From Alphaproteobacteria bacterium (GTDB lineage Bacteria > Pseudomonadota > Alphaproteobacteria > UBA828): a DNA stretch of 64,000 bases. This document shows, piece by piece, positions 52,797 through 61,595 of the stretch. Location: the NCBI GenBank assembly GCA_965214705.1, contig OZ243972.1, forward strand, positions 2,432,001-2,496,000. The letters run 5' to 3'. A model generated the notes under the pieces. The model was not told the origin of the DNA. It worked only from the letters and a program-made list of their open reading frames with translations, and ran no database searches. Made by a program: the position numbers and the translations under genes. Every line of letters starts with the position of its first letter. The first letter of the stretch is position 1.

Positions 52797-53948
52797 GTGC
52801 CGGCAAGGGAACGCAGGAAGCTCACCGACGACGCCGTCGCCGGTCTCCGCCCCCGCGCGCGGGAGTATGCCGTCTGGGACAAGAGCGCGCCCGGCCTCGG
52901 GGTCCGGGTCCGTCCGAGCGGCGCAAAGACCTGGGTTCTGCTGGAGCACGCCGGGGGGCGCTCCAGGCGCGTCTCCCTCGGCCCGGTCTCGACGAGGACC
53001 GTGGAGGAGGCGCGGCGGGAGTGCCATGAGCGCCGGGCAAGCCCGGAGACGGACAAGCCCGTCCGTCCGGCGCCCGCCGCCCCCCTGTTCCGCGAGTTCG
53101 TGGAGGATCCATGGAAGGAGGCGATTTTCGGGCGCTGCAAGCCCGCGACCGGGAAGTCCTATGCCTGCCTGCTCGATACCCGCCTCCTCCCCGCCTTCGG
53201 CGCGACCCCGCTCGACCGCATAACGCCTGCACAGGTCAGGCGCTGGTTCGACGCATTCAGCTGCGCCGCGCCCGGCAACGCCAACAACGCGCTCAAGCTG
53301 CTTCGCTCGATCTTCAACGTCGCCATCGCCCGCGGCCTCCTCGACAGCAACCCCGCGCAGGGCATCGCCCCCAACCGCCGGCCGCCGATGACGCGCTTCC
53401 TGTCGCGCGAGGAGATCGCGCGTCTTCACGCCGTCCTCGACGAAGAGGCCAAGCGGGGAGAGCGGTTCAGGCCGCAGGCCGACATCGTCCGCCTGCTGCT
53501 TCTCACCGGATGCCGCAGGGGAGAAATCGCCGGGCTCCGCTGGTCCGAGGTCCAGGGCGGCGCGCTGATGCTTGCCGACAGCAAGACCGGGCCGAGAAAG
53601 GTTCCCCTCAACGCCCAGGCCAGGAGCATCCTGGACCGCCGGAAGCGGGGAGAAAGCCGGTTCGTGTTCCCTTCGCCGCGCGATCCGTCGCGGCCGCGCG
53701 GGTCCGAACTCTCTCTCTGGTACCGGGTCCGCCGCAAGGCCGGCATCGAGGACTGCCGGCTTCACGACCTCAGGCATACCCATGCCAGCCACGCGGTAAT
53801 GAACGGCGTGCCGGTCCCTGTCGTCTCCCGGCTGCTTGGCCACTCCAATTCGCGCATGACGCTCCGCTACGCCCACCTCGGCGACCGCGACATCGAAGCC
53901 GCCGCCGAGAGGGTCGGAAAGGCCGTCGCCACGATCATGGGGCTTTAG
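52797..53948 (+). CDS. Second tyrosine integrase with arm-binding domain, in tandem with the first
   Basis: LTDDAV...WD-x-x-x-PGLGVRVRPSG-x-K; GCRRGE, DSKTG, HDLRH, LLGH and RYAH are intact; 3 nt after the int1 stop. Confidence 0.92.
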   Translation: MPARERRKLTDDAVAGLRPRAREYAVWDKSAPGLGVRVRPSGAKTWVLLEHAGGRSRRVSLGPVSTRTVEEARRECHERRASPETDKPVRPAPAAPLFREFVEDPWKEAIFGRCKPATGKSYACLLDTRLLPAFGATPLDRITPAQVRRWFDAFSCAAPGNANNALKLLRSIFNVAIARGLLDSNPAQGIAPNRRPPMTRFLSREEIARLHAVLDEEAKRGERFRPQADIVRLLLLTGCRRGEIAGLRWSEVQGGALMLADSKTGPRKVPLNAQARSILDRRKRGESRFVFPSPRDPSRPRGSELSLWYRVRRKAGIEDCRLHDLRHTHASHAVMNGVPVPVVSRLLGHSNSRMTLRYAHLGDRDIEAAAERVGKAVATIMGL

Positions 53949-54050
53949 CTGGATCAGCGGCGCGCTGTTAAAAACTTTCATGGCCGGCGGCTCGGCCACC
54001 CCGTAGAATGAAAACGCGCACACGCCTCAATGTCGGGTTAGTATTCATTT

Positions 54051-54362
54051 GGCTCAAACCGCTTATGCACTTGGCTCCGGTGCCACATGATGTTGCCCCC
54101 AATGTCGGCTATTTCAGGCCCGCCAGACGCCGCATGTGGATTTCACCGGAGCATTGTGCATAAGCGGTTGGCTCAATTCGTGATCCGTAGGCATGGCCCA
54201 AACATCGCGCTGTGGCAGCCGGAATTCAGCCGATTAGTGCGAGGACGCGGTTGAATTCTCTCGCGAGAGGCCGTCTTTGGCTTCAATTTGCCGACCAGAT
54301 GCCTCGAGAGGCGCGTGCCCGCGAGCACTGGCAGCCCATGCCTACGGATCACGAATTGAGCC
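54051..54362. mobile_element. Composite hairpin MITE: two fused IR-bounded units with GGCTCAA termini
   Basis: Unit A has IR 54057-54070 / 54156-54169; unit B has a perfect 27-bp IR at 54170-54196 / 54336-54362; ATTCATTT flanks both outer ends (54043-54050, 54363-54370). Confidence 0.7.
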
Positions 54363-54600
54363 ATTCATTTTGAACGAAGCCGCTACGCGGAGTTAGCGGC
54401 GTAGAGTTCATTCATTTCCGAGGCGTCGCGGGTGCCGTTTGTTCTGTGCGTTCGCTTCCCGGTTGCGTCAGTGGCGCTCCGCCCGTCGGGTGGCGGATCC
54501 CCAGCAGCCTCCCGATCACCAGTGGTTAGCATCGACCCCTGCGACGGACCGTCGCCGGATCGGTCCGGCGGCGCGCCGTCGCGATCCAGGGAGATCGATA

Positions 54601-55479
54601 ATGACCGGGACCGCGTGCGACACGAACACCGTCACCCCTCTTCGCCAGCGCATGGAGGAGCAGCTCCGCATCGCCAATCTGGCCGCGAGCACGTCCAAGG
54701 CCTACATCTGCGAGATCAAGAACCTGGCCAGGTACTACGACGCCTCGCCGGACGAGCTCGACGCCGAGCAGGTGCGCCAGTGGTACCTGGGGCGGATCGA
54801 CAAGGGGCTCAGTCCGGGCACGACCAACGTCTCCTTCGCCGCGCTGAACTTCCTCTACATCGACACACTCGGCTGGCCTGACCATGTCGCCGGCCTGCGC
54901 TCCCGCAAGAAGCCCGGCAAGCTGCCGCGCTACATGTCGGAGCAGGAGGTCGAGCACCTCATCCTTGCGACACCCGACCTCCGCCACCGTGCTGCCATTG
55001 TCACCGGCTATGGCGGCGGGCTCCGCATCTCCGAGACCTTGGCCATCAAGGTCGGCGACATCCTGTCGGAGAAGAAGCTGCTGCACATCCCCTCCGGCAA
55101 AGGCGGCACCGAGAGAATGGCACCGTTGCCGGACATCGTCATCCACTACTTGCGCGTCTACTACAGGAACATCTGGCCGCGTCCGACGAACTGGCTCTTC
55201 TACGGCGTCTCGCTCGACAGGCCCATCGCAACGGAGACCTTGCAGGCCGCCTTCAGGAGGGCGCGCGACATTGCCGAGCTCGACCGCAGCTACACCTTCC
55301 ATTGCCTGCGCCATTCGGCGGCGACCCATCTCCTCGAGCGCGGCGGCGATATCGAGGTGATCCGGGACATGCTCGGCCATCGAAGCGCGAACACGACCCG
55401 TCACTACGCCCGCGTCACCGGCAAGATGTTCGAGGGCCTCGACCACCCGATCTCAGGCTTCGCAGCGTTGCGCAACTGA
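54601..55479 (+). CDS. Tyrosine recombinase of the IS91-associated type
   Basis: TPLRQRMEEQL N-terminus after a GGGAG SD; GLRISE, GKGG, HCLRHS-x-ATHLLE, MLGH and HY motifs. Confidence 0.9.
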   Translation: MTGTACDTNTVTPLRQRMEEQLRIANLAASTSKAYICEIKNLARYYDASPDELDAEQVRQWYLGRIDKGLSPGTTNVSFAALNFLYIDTLGWPDHVAGLRSRKKPGKLPRYMSEQEVEHLILATPDLRHRAAIVTGYGGGLRISETLAIKVGDILSEKKLLHIPSGKGGTERMAPLPDIVIHYLRVYYRNIWPRPTNWLFYGVSLDRPIATETLQAAFRRARDIAELDRSYTFHCLRHSAATHLLERGGDIEVIRDMLGHRSANTTRHYARVTGKMFEGLDHPISGFAALRN

Positions 55480-55485
55480 CGGCGC

Positions 55486-56727
55486 GTGGAGGCCGAACGC
55501 GCGGGCGTGGCGGAGATCTTCCGCCGCGCCGGCGCCGCTTTCCGTGAGCGCCACAAAGGGCGCATCGACGCCGCCCGGCTCAAGGTCATGGGCGCCATCG
55601 AGGCGTGCCGCACCGCCGTGCTCGGCGGCCACATGTACGCCTGCGAGGGCTGCGGGCGCGAGCATCCGCTCTTCAACTCCTGCCGCAACCGCCACTGCCC
55701 CACCTGCCAGGGTCTCGCCGCCAACCTCTGGAGCGAGGAGCGCGCCGGGGACATCCTGCCGGTGCCCTACTTCCATGTGGTCTTCACCCTGCCCAAGGAG
55801 GTTGCCGCCATTGCCTTCTGCAACCGCAGGGTGGTGTTCGACATCCTCTTCCGGGCCGTCGCCGAGACCCTGCGCACCATCGCCGCCGATCCCCGCCACG
55901 GCGGCATGCGCATCGGCGGCACCGCGGTCCTCCATACCTGGGATCAGAAGCTCCGCTTCCACCCGCACCTGCACGTGGTCGTGCCCAACGCGGGCTTCGA
56001 CGTAGACAGTGGCGAGTGGAAGACGGGGAGCACCACCTTCCTCGCCCCCGTCAAGGTCCTCGGCAGCCTGTTCCGCCGCCTCTTCCTCGAGGAGCTCGCC
56101 CGCGCCCACGGCCGGGGGGACCTGGAGTTCCACGGCACCCTCGCCCACCTCGCCAATCCCGGCGAGTTCCACGCCACGCTTGCCGCCGCCCGGGCCAGGG
56201 ACTGGGTGGTCTACGCCAAGCGGCCCTTCCGCGGGCCTGAGCAGGTCTTCCGGTACCTCTCGCACTACACGCACAGGATCGCCATCTCCGACAGCCGCAT
56301 CGTCTCCTTCGACGGCGAGACGGTCTCCTTCCGCCACCGAAAGCCCAAGGCGCCGGGGCAGAGAAAGCCGCGCTACGGCATCGCCACCGTGAGCGCCGAC
56401 GAGTTCATCCGCCGCTTCCTGAGGCACGTCCTGCCGGACGGCATGCACCGCATTCGCTACTTCGGCATCCTCGCCAACGGCTGCCGCGCCAGCACGCTGG
56501 AGAGAGCACGCCAGGCTCTCGGCGCCCTCGGCTGCGCCGCCCCCGAGGGAAGCGTGGACGGCGCTCGGGCCGAGCCCGACGAAGAGCCCGAGATCGGCAC
56601 CGCGCCCGTGGCCTGCCCCCACTGCGGCGGCGTCATGCGCCTCGTCCGCGAAATCCGCCGCCGCCATGAGCCCCGCTCGACGCGCGGCCCGCCGGCGCTG
56701 CCGCCGACCCACAGGGGGAAACCGTGA
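55486..56727 (+). CDS. IS91-family (Y2 HUH) transposase with zinc-binding domain
   Basis: CRTAVLGG, NSCRNRHCPTCQ, FHVVFTLP, HTW...HPHLH (HUH), YLSHY (Y2) and terminal CPHCG motifs. Confidence 0.92.
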   Translation: MEAERAGVAEIFRRAGAAFRERHKGRIDAARLKVMGAIEACRTAVLGGHMYACEGCGREHPLFNSCRNRHCPTCQGLAANLWSEERAGDILPVPYFHVVFTLPKEVAAIAFCNRRVVFDILFRAVAETLRTIAADPRHGGMRIGGTAVLHTWDQKLRFHPHLHVVVPNAGFDVDSGEWKTGSTTFLAPVKVLGSLFRRLFLEELARAHGRGDLEFHGTLAHLANPGEFHATLAAARARDWVVYAKRPFRGPEQVFRYLSHYTHRIAISDSRIVSFDGETVSFRHRKPKAPGQRKPRYGIATVSADEFIRRFLRHVLPDGMHRIRYFGILANGCRASTLERARQALGALGCAAPEGSVDGARAEPDEEPEIGTAPVACPHCGGVMRLVREIRRRHEPRSTRGPPALPPTHRGKP

Positions 56728-56989
56728 GACGCCCGCTCGCTTCGGCCCCGCGCAACGGCGCCAAAGCGCCGACGCACGACCGAACCTGTCTCCGCTTGAG
56801 CCGGGCTGACAGCCCTCGGCTCACACCCCGCTCAGTCCTCGCAGCGTGCGCCCGCATGCCTGCCGAAAGACCGGCGCGAGCGTCGATTTTATGCGCAACT
56901 CTGCTGCCGGTGGATGCCGCCTGACGCTGACATCAGCGCACTTTCCACATAGCTCAACTTCGCCTCTCGTGGCCCGCGGCTTCGTTCAA

Positions 56990-57031
56990 AAGGGTTGGGC
57001 AGGCTCTCGAGAGAGAGCCTGCCCAACCCTT
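56990..57031. repeat. Perfect 19-bp stem hairpin with GAGA loop
   Basis: AAGGGTTGGGCAGGCTCTC-GAGA-GAGAGCCTGCCCAACCCTT. Confidence 0.9.
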
Positions 57032-57071
57032 AACCTTGAGCGTCGGCCCCTCAGACCGATAGAAGCAGTAA

Positions 57072-60000
57072 ATGTTCCTGTTCAGACATCCAGTCTTGCT
57101 GCTGCGCCGAAGCGAGGCGCTCCAGACCGCGCCGATCACGGTCGCGTTCTGGACGTTGGCTGTCATCGCTCTGACCAGCCTGCGGGATCTGCATCTTTGG
57201 GGGATGCCGCAGGTCGAGGTGGTCATCGCACGGGCGACCATGGCATGCATAGTCATCCTGGTGGGCTTGGTGGGCCTGGTTGGAATTCGATGCTTGTTTG
57301 CCTGGCGGAAGTCCGGCTCACGCGTCTCTGTCCTGAGCACAGTGGGCGGAATGCCCGGCGTGTTGTTGCTCGGTGCAGTGGCATCCTATCTGGCGATCGG
57401 CTTTGCCGTGATGGACGAGGCGGACTGGCGGCCGGGCACGGCTGAGTCACTGAGGTTTGCAGTACTCTCTTTCGGCGTGCTTGTGGCTGCCGTAGTCGGT
57501 GGCCGCGCGGTGCTGGAACGAGTCGGGGCCGACCGGTTGTTGCGGGGCGTGCTTGTCGTCCTGATTTTGAGTTGCGCCATCATTCTCGCTTCGCCGGTCC
57601 TGCGCGACCTCGGCATCCTGCCGCCTTATAGAATTCCATTCCGCCTGACCGGCGCTTTCGTCGATCCCAACGACGCCAGCTTGATCGGCAGCATGACGGT
57701 GGGACTCGCCGCGGCGTTCCTGACCAATGGCGGGCCGCGCACGCTCGGTTGGGTGGGCCTGGCCGCCGGCGTCGCCGCAAGCCTGGGGTCGGCGTCCAGA
57801 ACCGCGTTGGTCATACTCGGTGCGCTGGCGATCGTGTTCCTATTGATCCATGTCCGCAGCAAACCAAGGGCCTTCGTCCTGATTTTGGCGGCCACGGTAA
57901 TGGTCGCGATTGGAGGATTGGCCGGCGTTGCGTTCTTCTCCGGAGGCCTTTCCGAGTGGTTTAGAGCGCGGAGCGGTATCAACGACGCACTCGGGGAAAA
58001 ACTGTTCTGCGACCCTTCGCCGACCGACAGCCCTGGCACGGACTGCGCCGTCCTGCTGGCAACGAGAGACATCCTGGCCGGAGACATTGCCCTCAACTGG
58101 AGCCGCACCGTCCCCGTCAACCGCTGGCGGGGCGTGACGGTGGAAGGCCCGGAGGGACATGTCACCGGGCTGCATCTCGCGGGACTTGGATTGAACGGCC
58201 GTATCCCCCCGGATCTTGGCCGCCTGGACCGCCTCGTTTCGCTGTCCCTTGGACGCAATCGGCTCACCGGTCGCATTCCGCCCGAGCTGGGAAATCTGGC
58301 GAGCCTCAAGTATCTGGTCCTGAGCTACAACATCTTGACCGGGGCTATCCCGCCGGAGCTGGCGAACCTTGAGAACCTCAAGGAGCTGTGGCTGAGAAAC
58401 AACCGCTTGACCGGCCATGTCCCGGCCGCTCTCGCAGGGCTCGACCTGTCCGTCCTGCGTCTCTCGGGCAACGACTTCGACTCCATTCCTCCCAAAATCA
58501 ATGCCGTCGCCGACCACGATCTCGGCCGCTTCGTGCTCTGCCTGCCGCCGCCTCGAACCAGCCCCGCGTTGTTCGAGGACTGCACGACGCTGTTGGCGGT
58601 GAAGGACACGCTGGCCGGCGACGCCCCGCTCGACTGGCACGCGGCGGTCTCCATCGGCTTGTGGCAAGGCGTGACCGTGGGCGGTCCGGAAGGTCGTGTC
58701 ATCGCGCTGGATCTGTACGGGAAAGGGCTGAACGGACGCATTCCCCCGAGCCTCGGCAGGCTGGACGGCCTCGTCTCGTTGAACTTGGCCGCCAATCGGC
58801 TCACCGGTTCGATTCCGCCGGAGTTGGGACAACTCGTCGACCTGCGCGTCTTGGCCCTAGATCGCAACGCCCTGACCGGCACCGTCCCTGCGGAACTGGC
58901 ACGACTCCCCGGGCTCAGGGCCTTGTGGTTGAAAGAGAACCGCCTGACCGGCCCTGTTTCGCCGGCGCTGTTCGATGTCCCTGACCACGATCTCGGCCGC
59001 CTCGTGCTCTGCCTGCCGCCGCCTCGAACCAGCCCCGCGTTGTTCGAGGACTGCACGACGCTGCTGGCGGCGAAGGACACGCTGGCCGGCGACGCGCCGC
59101 TCGATTGGCACGCGGCGGTCCCCATCGGCTTGTGGCAAGGCGTGACCGTGGGCGGTCCGGAAGGTCGTGTCATCGCGCTGGATTTGTACGGGAAAGGGCT
59201 GAACGGACGCATTCCTCCGAGACTCAGCGGGCTGGACGGCCTCGTCTCGTTGAACTTGGCCGCCAATCGGCTCACCGGTTCGATTCCGCCGGAGTTGGGA
59301 CAACTCGTCGACCTGCGCGTCTTGGCCCTAGATCGCAACGCCCTGACCGGCACCGTCCCTGCGGAACTGGCACGACTCCCCGGGCTCAGGGCCTTGTGGT
59401 TGAAAGAGAACCGCCTGACCGGCCCTGTTTCGCCGGCGCTGTTCGATGTCCCTGACCACGATCTCGGCCGCCTCGTGCTCTGCCTGCCGCCGCCTCGAAC
59501 CAGCCCCGCGTTGTTCGAGGACTGCACGACGCTGCTGGCGGCGAAGGACACGCTGGCCGGCGACGCGCCGCTCGATTGGCACGCGGCGGTCCCCATCGGC
59601 TTGTGGCAAGGCGTGACCGTGGGCGGTCCGGAAGGTCGTGTCATCGCGCTGGATTTGTACGGGAAAGGGCTGAACGGACGCATTCCTCCGAGACTCGGCA
59701 GGCTGGACGGCCTCGTCTCGTTGAACTTGGCCGCCAATCGGCTCACCGGTTCGATTCCGCCAGAGTTGGGGAGCCTCGCCGGCTTGCGGTCCCTGGTGCT
59801 CGACGGCAATGCGCTGACCGGCGCCATTCCACCCGAGCTGGGGAAACTGACCGACCTGGAAAGGCTCGGGCTTGCCAAAAATGCCCTGATCGGCCCCATC
59901 CCACCGGAACTGGCGAAGCTGTCGAGCCTCGGGAAACTCTGGCTGAGCGGCAACCGCCTGACCGGTTTCCTCCCCCCCGAGCTGCGCGCGGTCGCCGGCA

Positions 60001-61595
60001 GGGACGCGCCCTGCCCCGCCGCTCCCGCCGACAATCCCGGTTTGCGCGCCGATTGCGCGCTCCTGCTGGCGGCGAGGGACATCCTCGCCGGCGATGCGCC
60101 GCTCGGCTGGAGCGAGGACATCCCCATCGAGATCTGGCAGGGCGTCACCGTGGGCGGCTCGCCGGAGCGGGTGACGAGGCTCGACCTGTCGAGGTCAGGT
60201 CTGAACGGGCGCATCCCGCCAGCGTTGGGCGGACTGGACAAGCTCGTTTCGCTTTGGCTCAATCGCAACCGGCTCACTGGCCCGGTGCCTCCCGAACTGG
60301 GGGAGTTGACCGACCTGGAGGTCCTGACGCTCTCCTTCAACGCCTTGAGCGGCCCGATTCCGCCGGAACTGGGGAAACTGTCGCATCTCAGGGAGTTGTG
60401 GCTGAAGCACAACCGCCTGACCGGCTCCGTGCCGCCGGAACTCGAAGGGCTGGAGAAGCTGACCTTAATACGTCTCTTTGGCAACGATCTGGAACGCCCC
60501 TATCCGCGGCGTCTCTACCGGATCGCGAGCCACGACCTGGACCTCCACGATCTGCGCCATCGTCGGTCGCTCGACGATGCAGAGGCGGCGCAGGCGGCGG
60601 ACCGCCGCATGAACCGAGATCGTCCGGATGCGGTAAGGCGCCTGTTCTGTCGACCCTCCTCCAGCGTCACTTCCGATCTGCAAGCCGACTGCGGCCTTCT
60701 GCTGGCGAACAAGGACGTCCTGGCCGGCGACGCGGCGCTTGACTGGAGCGAGGACATCCCCATCGAGTTCTGGCAGGGCGTCACCGTCGGCGGCTCGCCG
60801 AAGCGCGTGACCGCACTGGCATTGCCGCGCGCGGGACTGAACGGGCGCCTGTTCGCGGAACTCGGCGAATTGGGCGGCCTCGTCGCTCTGGACCTGAGCC
60901 ATAACCGGCTCGCCGGCCCCGTACCGCCGGAACTGGAAGGACTGGGCAATCTCTTCTTCCTGCGCCTCGCCGGCAACGACCTGAACCGCCCCTTCCCGCC
61001 GGCGCTCCACGAGATTGCCGACCATGACCTCGACGGGCCGGTTTTCTGCCGGCCGAAGAAAATCGATCCGGACCTTCTCGCCGATTGCACCCTCTTGCTG
61101 ACGGTGAGAGACAGCCTCGCCGGGGATGCGCCGCTCAACTGGCGCCGCGATGTGCCGGTCGACGACTGGCAGGGTGTCGCGGTGGATCGCTCGCGCGGCC
61201 GCGTGACGGCGCTGGACCTGACGCAAATGGGTTTGAACGGACGCATCCCCGCGGAGTTGGGGCAGCTTGCCGGACTCGCCTCCCTGCGCCTGGGCCGCAA
61301 TCGGCTTGCCGGCGACATCCCGCCCGAGCTCGGCAACCTCGCCGGTCTGCGCATGCTGGCATTGGACGGCAACCTCCTGGCCGGTTCCGTGCCGCCGGAA
61401 CTGGGCAAGCTGTCGAGGCTCACCGACCTGAGGCTGCACGGGAACCGTCTGAGCGGCCCCGCACCGCCCGCTGTGGCCGCGCTGCCAGCGTTGCGCCTGG
61501 ACGATGACGATGCGGTTGGCGAACTGCCGGCGCAGAGTCGCGGTCGGGTTCTCGACCGGAACCTGTTCTGCCAATCCTTTCCCGAAGCACTGTAA
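57072..61595 (+). CDS. O-antigen ligase/polymerase-like membrane domain fused to multiple plant-type LRR modules; 3' end cut by IS66
   Basis: About 8-9 hydrophobic segments with RLTGAFVDPND and GSASRTA motifs, then repeated LxxLxLxxNxLTGxIPPELG with Cys-pair caps; the stop TAA lies inside the IS66 end GTAAGCG. Confidence 0.8.
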   Translation: MFLFRHPVLLLRRSEALQTAPITVAFWTLAVIALTSLRDLHLWGMPQVEVVIARATMACIVILVGLVGLVGIRCLFAWRKSGSRVSVLSTVGGMPGVLLLGAVASYLAIGFAVMDEADWRPGTAESLRFAVLSFGVLVAAVVGGRAVLERVGADRLLRGVLVVLILSCAIILASPVLRDLGILPPYRIPFRLTGAFVDPNDASLIGSMTVGLAAAFLTNGGPRTLGWVGLAAGVAASLGSASRTALVILGALAIVFLLIHVRSKPRAFVLILAATVMVAIGGLAGVAFFSGGLSEWFRARSGINDALGEKLFCDPSPTDSPGTDCAVLLATRDILAGDIALNWSRTVPVNRWRGVTVEGPEGHVTGLHLAGLGLNGRIPPDLGRLDRLVSLSLGRNRLTGRIPPELGNLASLKYLVLSYNILTGAIPPELANLENLKELWLRNNRLTGHVPAALAGLDLSVLRLSGNDFDSIPPKINAVADHDLGRFVLCLPPPRTSPALFEDCTTLLAVKDTLAGDAPLDWHAAVSIGLWQGVTVGGPEGRVIALDLYGKGLNGRIPPSLGRLDGLVSLNLAANRLTGSIPPELGQLVDLRVLALDRNALTGTVPAELARLPGLRALWLKENRLTGPVSPALFDVPDHDLGRLVLCLPPPRTSPALFEDCTTLLAAKDTLAGDAPLDWHAAVPIGLWQGVTVGGPEGRVIALDLYGKGLNGRIPPRLSGLDGLVSLNLAANRLTGSIPPELGQLVDLRVLALDRNALTGTVPAELARLPGLRALWLKENRLTGPVSPALFDVPDHDLGRLVLCLPPPRTSPALFEDCTTLLAAKDTLAGDAPLDWHAAVPIGLWQGVTVGGPEGRVIALDLYGKGLNGRIPPRLGRLDGLVSLNLAANRLTGSIPPELGSLAGLRSLVLDGNALTGAIPPELGKLTDLERLGLAKNALIGPIPPELAKLSSLGKLWLSGNRLTGFLPPELRAVAGRDAPCPAAPADNPGLRADCALLLAARDILAGDAPLGWSEDIPIEIWQGVTVGGSPERVTRLDLSRSGLNGRIPPALGGLDKLVSLWLNRNRLTGPVPPELGELTDLEVLTLSFNALSGPIPPELGKLSHLRELWLKHNRLTGSVPPELEGLEKLTLIRLFGNDLERPYPRRLYRIASHDLDLHDLRHRRSLDDAEAAQAADRRMNRDRPDAVRRLFCRPSSSVTSDLQADCGLLLANKDVLAGDAALDWSEDIPIEFWQGVTVGGSPKRVTALALPRAGLNGRLFAELGELGGLVALDLSHNRLAGPVPPELEGLGNLFFLRLAGNDLNRPFPPALHEIADHDLDGPVFCRPKKIDPDLLADCTLLLTVRDSLAGDAPLNWRRDVPVDDWQGVAVDRSRGRVTALDLTQMGLNGRIPAELGQLAGLASLRLGRNRLAGDIPPELGNLAGLRMLALDGNLLAGSVPPELGKLSRLTDLRLHGNRLSGPAPPAVAALPALRLDDDDAVGELPAQSRGRVLDRNLFCQSFPEAL
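58512..59770 (+). repeat. 471-bp near-identical tandem repeat (about 2.7 copies, 157-aa period) inside the LRR gene
   Basis: GACCACGATCTCGGCCGC starts at 58512, 58983 and 59454; intervening DNA is nearly identical. Confidence 0.93.

Larger units (their letters stand above)
54368..56991 (+). mobile_element. Two-gene element: tyrosine recombinase plus IS91-like HUH Y2 transposase
   Basis: Perfect 16-bp inverted repeats TTTTGAACGAAGCCGC (54368-54383) and GCGGCTTCGTTCAAAA (56976-56991) enclose the two genes. Confidence 0.8.

Noticed and set aside
54043-54410. Integron attC array next to a recombinase
   Set aside because: There are no gene cassettes or attC R/L box pattern, and the recombinase lacks the IntI-specific insertion; IR and duplication evidence favours MITEs.
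51672-55479. Three consecutive tyrosine recombinases as a RIT element
   Set aside because: The third gene is 650 bp away, is of a different subtype and lies inside the IR-bounded IS91-like element; the first two have arm-binding domains unlike RIT recombinases.
58512-59770. Diversity-generating retroelement template/variable repeats
   Set aside because: The repeats are contiguous coding modules, differences are not adenine-specific, and no reverse transcriptase is in the window.
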